DNA from: Minisyncoccota bacterium
GTDB taxonomy: Bacteria > Patescibacteriota > Minisyncoccia > UBA6257 > XYB1-36-10
Length of the DNA: 64,000 nt
Assembly: GCA_041651415.1 (NCBI GenBank)
Contig: JBAZJH010000003.1
Location: 15,309-79,308 of the forward strand
Direction of reading: 5' to 3'
Part shown: positions 59,195-64,000 of the stretch, piece by piece
Layout of the letters: each line of letters opens with the position of its first letter
Numbering within the stretch: position 1 is the first letter of the stretch
Position numbers and translations under genes: made by a program
The notes under the pieces: generated by a model
Databases searched by the model: none
Seen by the model: only the letters and a program-made list of their open reading frames with translations
What the model was told of the DNA's origin: nothing

Positions 59195-59335
59195 CGTCCG
59201 AACATAGCTACCCAGCACTTCAGTTGGTACCAAAGCTGGTAGACCAGAGGTTCGTCCAACCCGGTCCTCTCGTACTAGGGTCAGCTTCCCTCAAATATTA
59301 ACGCCTGCAGCAGATAGAGACCAACCTGTCTCACG

Positions 59336-60078
59336 CATAAATTTTTTTCATTTATTACTAAATGGATCGGACTATACCATCACCCCGACCAAACTGTCGG
59401 GGGACTGACGTATTAGCATTCACTTGAACGCTCTGTTTTTAAAAACAAGTCTCTACGGGGTCAATGCACGTTCTTTTCTTCTTTTGGAATAATTAAGTTC
59501 GCGATAGCGATTAATAATTTTAAGAAGATTTTTGAAATCGTTAGCATTTTTAATTGTCTTTTTTCGCCGGATAATTTCAAGCATAAGATTTATTTGTTTC
59601 TTTTTTAAAACCGAATAAGGTTTTATCGCCTTTAGAAATTCTTGAATATCTTCGATTTTTCCTATAACACATTCGAGAATTCCATCAGAACGAATACGGA
59701 GTTTTCCGCATCCGACAAGAGAACAAATTTCTTCAAAGCTTTTTTGACATTTTTTTGATTGGAAAAAAACAACATAAAGCGCTATCTGAAAACCGTATCG
59801 ATAAGTTCGATTCGGCTTCGCTTGCGCATAAATGCTGCCATCACCATCAAGAAAACCAGCGATATAGGACTTTTTTATTTTGGATAACGATTTTAACATA
59901 CACGACTTCCCTCGGTATTATCCTAACATATGACAGGTTGAAAATCATATGAGGACTTCACCGATATGAGTCAGTTTATTCAGTCCACATTACTGTGGCT
60001 CCGATATTTTAATCGGAGTTCTGACTTTTAAAGTCAGAAAAAGCCGCCGTTTTTTTTATTACCTCGTGTTCAATTTTG
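59336..60078 (-). mobile_element. group I intron in 23S domain V at/near the I-CreI-type site (E. coli about 2593), carrying a LAGLIDADG ORF
   Basis: About 743-nt insertion between ...GGTTCAAACCGT and CGTGAGACAGGTTGG exon sequences; ends with G; contains HE ORF. Confidence 0.8.
59453..59899 (-). CDS. LAGLIDADG homing endonuclease (intron-encoded)
   Basis: IAGFLDGDGSIYAQ LAGLIDADG motif; single-motif about 148 aa (I-CreI-like homodimer type). Confidence 0.85.
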   Translation of the reverse strand: MLKSLSKIKKSYIAGFLDGDGSIYAQAKPNRTYRYGFQIALYVVFFQSKKCQKSFEEICSLVGCGKLRIRSDGILECVIGKIEDIQEFLKAIKPYSVLKKKQINLMLEIIRRKKTIKNANDFKNLLKIINRYRELNYSKRRKERALTP

Positions 60079-60210
60079 ACGGTTTGAACCCAGCTCGCGT
60101 ACCTTTTTAATTGGCGAACAGCCAAACGCTTGGGACCTTCTCCAGCCCCGCGCTAAGATGAGCCGACATCGAGGTGCCGAACCGCGCCGTCGCTATGGAC
60201 GCTCGGGCGC

Positions 60211-60241
<31 letters not shown>

Positions 60242-61582
60242 GCCGTTGTCTCCGACCTTCCTGTAAAGGTTCGTCGGGTCACTAAGTTCTGCTTTCGCAT
60301 CTGCTCGACTTGTAAGTCTTGCAGTTAAGCCGGCTTATGCCTTTACACATTAGGCTCGATTTCCATCCGAGCCAAGCCGACCTTTAAACTCCTCCGTTAC
60401 TTTTTAGGAGGATTCCGCCCCAGAAAAACTGCCCGCCAGACACTGTTCCAATAAAGTTTACCTTTCGGACTCTTTATCGGTTAGAACTTAAATCATTAAA
60501 GGGTGGTATCTCATTTGCGGCTCCACTCTGACCGAAATCAAAGTTTCAAAGCCTGCCACCTATGCTGCGCAGCAACAATTTAAGGCCAATATCAAGCTAC
60601 AGTAAAGCTCCCGGGGTCTTTTCGTCCCGCTGCAGGTATCCCGCGTCTTCACGGGAATCGCATTTTCACCGAGCTTCTCGCTGAGACAGTTCTCCAGTCG
60701 TTACACCTTTCGTGCGCTCCGGAACTTACCCGGAAAGGAATTGCGCTACCTTAGAACGATTATAGTTATCGCTGACATTGACGAGGGCTTCGGGCAGTCA
60801 GCACGCGCTGCGCGCAAGTTATAAAGTTTATAAAGTTGAAAGTTAAAAGTATTTGTTTTTACTTTTTGAACTTTATGAACTTTTTTCTTTATAAACTGCG
60901 TGCAACGCATACCGCCACCGTTAACCTTCTCGCATCGGTCAGGTGTCACCCCCTATACATCCACTTGCGTGTTAGCAGGGAGCTGTGTTTTTGGTAAACA
61001 GTCGCCAGAGAAACTTTAGCTGCGGGTCCGATAAAATCGGACCAGGCCTTATTGCGAACTTACGGCCGCTTTTTTGCCGAGTTCCTTAGCGAGAAATCAC
61101 TCGTTCTCCTTGGGCTCCTCGCCCTATCCACCTGTGTCGGTTTCCGGTACGGATACCTATAAATTAACCCTAGAGGCTTTTCTTGGAAGGCTCTTCAGCC
61201 AAATCGCCTTAGCCAAAGCTAAAGCTTTCGCCTTATTTTGAAGTTTCCATTAAAGGAAGACGCGCGCATTTGTCGCGAGCCGCTTCTTAAATATAGCAAC
61301 GCCAAACCATTAAGGCGTTTGACCTTATTTCCTCCGTCCCCCCGTTAGAATTTATAGGCAGGGCTGGAATATTAACCAGCTACCCATCGGCTGCGGCTTT
61401 CGCCATCGCCTTAGGACCGCCTAACCCGTGGATGATTGCCAGTGCCACGGAAACCTTGAATTTTCGGAGAGCCGATTTCCCATCGGCTTTGTGGTTACTC
61501 ATGCCAGCATTCTCTCTTCCATCCGCTCCACGAGCCCTCGCGGGTCTCGCTTCGGCGCAAATGGAATGCTCTCCTACCACCA

Positions 61583-61680
61583 GCCCCACTTTTGTTCGTG
61601 ATATCAATATAACTTATCAGCGTTTTAAAAAATATCGCTGTTAATTTTTGAATCAACGTCATAAACAAAAGTGGAGCTGG
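61583..61680 (-). other. extended AU-rich hairpin in 23S helix-45 region (candidate intervening sequence)
   Basis: CCACTTTTGTT...AACAAAAGTGG long stem replacing the about 22-nt helix-45 tip, a classical IVS site. Confidence 0.45.
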
Positions 61681-63337
61681 TCCGCAACGTCGGTAGCTTA
61701 CTTAGCCCCGCACATTTTCGGCGCGCCTTGCCATTCGTCATAAAGGCGAATCGAATAGTGAGTTGTTACACACTCTTTAAAGGATGGCTACCTCTGAGCC
61801 CACCTCCTATCTGTCTATGGCACGACACTACCTCCTTTGCACTTAGTAAGCATTTAGGGACCTTAGTTGGCGGTCTGGGCTGTTTCCCTTTCGAACATGG
61901 AGCTTAGCCCCCACATTCTAACTCCCGAGCTATATTGTATGGTATTCGGAGTTTGATTAGTCTGGCGGAGTTTCCCCCTACTCAGACTATCCAGTGCTCT
62001 ACCCCCACACATAAACGCTCAAGGCTAGCCCTAAAGCTATTTCGGAGAGAACCAGCTATTACCGAGTTCGATTAGCTTTTCACTCCTTACCCCAGTTCAT
62101 CCGAAGATTTTGAACGGTCTACCGGTTCGGGCTTCCCTCCGATTTTCATCGGAGTTCACCCTGACCAGGGCAAGCTCACCCGGCTTCGGGTCTTATCCGG
62201 CTCCTCATACGCGCTATTAACGCTCGCTTTCACTACGCCTTCCTCCCGTAGGAGTTAGACAAAGGAGACAGATAAACTCGCTGGCTCATTCTTCAATAGG
62301 CACACGGTTACCCTTACGGGCTTCCGTTCCTTGTAAGCATAAGGTTTCAGATTCTATTTCATCGGCCTCACCGGCCTGCTTTTCACCTTTCCCTCACGGT
62401 ACTAGTTCGCTATCGGTCGCCAAGGATATTTAGCCTTACGAGACAGTTCTCGCAGATTCCCTCGAAGTGTTCATTTCTCGAGGTACTTAAGGATAAATAC
62501 GAAAAGTTTGTTTGTTTTCGCCTACGGGGCTTTCACCCTCTTTGGCGCGGCTTTCCAGCACGCTTCCGCTAACAAACAAATTTTTGACTTTTCTCCCAGC
62601 CAATAACTCTTCCATAAAAATTTTTAAAGAAGAGTTATTAGCTGAAAATGTACTTACCTTACAACCCTTAATTTTCAGCAAGCTGAAAATTCAGTTTAGG
62701 CTCTTCCCCGTTCGCTCGCCGCTACTAAGGGAATCATAGTTATTTTATCTTCCTCCGGGTACTGAGATGTTTCACTTCCCCGGGTGCGCTCTCCGACCGA
62801 AGTCAGAGTTGCAAGAGTTTATCTTGCAGGGTTTCCCCATTTGGAAATTCTCGGATCATAGGTTGCTACACACCTTCCCGAGACGTTTCGCCGCTACGCC
62901 GCGTCCTTCATCGCTCCTTGGTGCCAAGGCATCCACCTTACGCTCTTAATTCCGACCATCTCAATAATGAGATAGTTTTTGAACCCATTCCTATAAAATA
63001 GGCGAGGGTTCTTGATTAGAGAATGCTTTGCTTTTTATTTTACCTTCGCGCTCTTTTGGCGCGAAAGAATACCTGTTATTTTACTTAGCTTTTCAGTTGT
63101 AAACGTTCCGTCGAGGCATTCGTTAAACTTCCTTTTCTTTCAGCCTGGAATCTTTTTTAAAAAGAGCCCAGGCCGAGAGAAAAAGCGGATTCAATTTTAC
63201 TAAACTTTTTGCCTAAAAGCAAGGAGGGAAAAATAGAGATAAAAAAACCGCGTTTTACGCGGCTACAACAACCAAACACAGGACTTTTTTAGCCGCTTGT
63301 TTTTTGTTCTTTTTCCTTGATACTCATAAGCTTTTTT

Positions 63338-63367
63338 ATTGTAATATAGGCGAGCAATAAAAGTCAA
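63338..63367 (-). promoter_or_regulatory. candidate promoter of 23S-5S operon
   Basis: Minus-strand TTGACT-18 nt-TACAAT (TATATTACAAT) about 370 nt upstream of mature 23S 5' end. Confidence 0.4.
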
Positions 63368-63391
63368 TGGCGAAAAGGTGGAAAAATAAAA

Positions 63392-63426
63392 AACCGGTCT
63401 AGTTTGATTGGACCGGTTTTTTATTT
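63392..63426 (-). terminator. intrinsic terminator of upstream membrane-protein gene
   Basis: AACCGGTCCAATCAAACTAGACCGGTT hairpin followed by T-run on minus strand immediately after stop at 63438. Confidence 0.5.
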
Positions 63427-63437
63427 AAAAACGAGTG

Positions 63438-63977
63438 TTAGTCCTCAATCTTATCGCGGAATTTAGCAATCAAGTGAGAAGCGTAATCTTTTCCGCCAAT
63501 ACCAAAAGCGATACCGCCGGCTAAAGCAATCATGGCAATAAGTCCGGTGATAACCGTATTGATAATGGTTGTGGCAACATTAAGCTGAACTAGAGCCGCT
63601 AAAAATCCGAAAATAGCGATTGAATACCAAGTTAAAGCTCCGAGGAATTTTGCCGCATGCAGACGAGCAGACAAGACAGAGCCACGAACGATTTTTTCCG
63701 AAAGATTAGCAAGAACAATCGCAGCCAAGAGAATCAAAACGGCAATAATGATGTTTGGAATATAAGACAAAACATCAGTTAGGAAAGCGGAAAGAGCGTA
63801 GAACTTTAAGATGTCGGTGGCAGCCAAAAGAAAAGCGATAACCAAGAACCAAAAGACAATGCGGTCAAAAAATTTGGCCGAGTCCAGGTTAATGCCGGCG
63901 CGGTCAAAATATTTTTCCACACCGAGCTTTCTTAATCCCTCATCAATCTTCAGAACGGAAATTATTTTCCCAACCAA
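63438..63977 (-). CDS. conserved hypothetical polytopic membrane protein
   Basis: 179 aa with 3-4 TM helices; N-terminus may extend beyond window. Confidence 0.5.
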   Translation of the reverse strand: MVGKIISVLKIDEGLRKLGVEKYFDRAGINLDSAKFFDRIVFWFLVIAFLLAATDILKFYALSAFLTDVLSYIPNIIIAVLILLAAIVLANLSEKIVRGSVLSARLHAAKFLGALTWYSIAIFGFLAALVQLNVATTIINTVITGLIAMIALAGGIAFGIGGKDYASHLIAKFRDKIED

Positions 63978-64000
63978 AGTGCCTAAAGCGGAGGCAACAA

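Noticed and set aside
60746-62949. Several short ORFs (60746-60949, 61380-61607, 61432-61644, 61671-61907, 62487-62681, 62512-62739, 62767-62949)
   Set aside because: Lie inside the 23S rRNA gene; rRNA identity is unambiguous from conserved domain sequences
62970-64000. 16S rRNA or spacer tRNAs upstream of 23S
   Set aside because: Region contains a promoter-like element, a terminator and a protein-coding gene instead; no 16S sequence signatures (e.g. anti-SD end, GTGCCAGCMGCCGCGG) in the window

Overview
This is a low-GC, gene-dense bacterial window with mostly minus-strand genes and features typical of Candidate Phyla Radiation / Patescibacteria-like genomes. I identified the following features.

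- **Ribosomal and RNA polymerase genes.** An alpha-operon block runs infA-rpmJ-rpsM-rpsK-rpsD-rpoA-rplQ, followed directly by rplM-rpsI. There is also an rpsF-ssb-rpsR block and rpoB-rpoC.
- **Cell wall and shape genes.** A mreB-mreC-mreD-PBP2 operon is present, and mreC carries a frameshift in a 9-nt homopolymer. Also present are a second mreB paralog, murA, ddl, murF, a YceG/MltG-like gene and an FtsW/RodA (SEDS-family) gene.
- **Other housekeeping genes.** galT, proS, rseP, frr, holB-like, a split transketolase, a PfkB kinase, rel, topA, dprA, parAB and a partial cysS are present.
- **Type IV pilus locus.** This consists of the PilB ATPase and four tandem mosaic pilin paralogs. Three of the four share about 170 nt of identical 5' sequence, and all have hypervariable centres.
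- **tRNAs.** A minus-strand cluster holds tRNA-Ala(TGC), tRNA-Val(GAC) and tRNA-Ile(GAT), and tRNA-Leu(CAA) lies on the plus strand. A GIY-YIG nuclease ORF is flanked by direct repeats of the tRNA-Ile 5' half. A degenerate tRNA-Leu-like fragment sits next to tRNA-Leu, followed by an AT-rich UDG-fold-like gene.
- **rRNA.** A 23S-5S rRNA unit lies on the minus strand with no linked 16S. The 23S is about 3.9 kb and contains a group I intron encoding a LAGLIDADG homing endonuclease at the I-CreI-type site. It also has several AU-rich extended hairpins that look like intervening sequences (IVS).
- **Small repeat families.** Phased AAAGTT/AACTTT arrays sit directly upstream of several start codons. 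A two-hairpin 3' element occurs in two copies, after murF and after topA. Recurrent CCGATAAAATCGG hairpins are also present.

No CRISPR array was seen.
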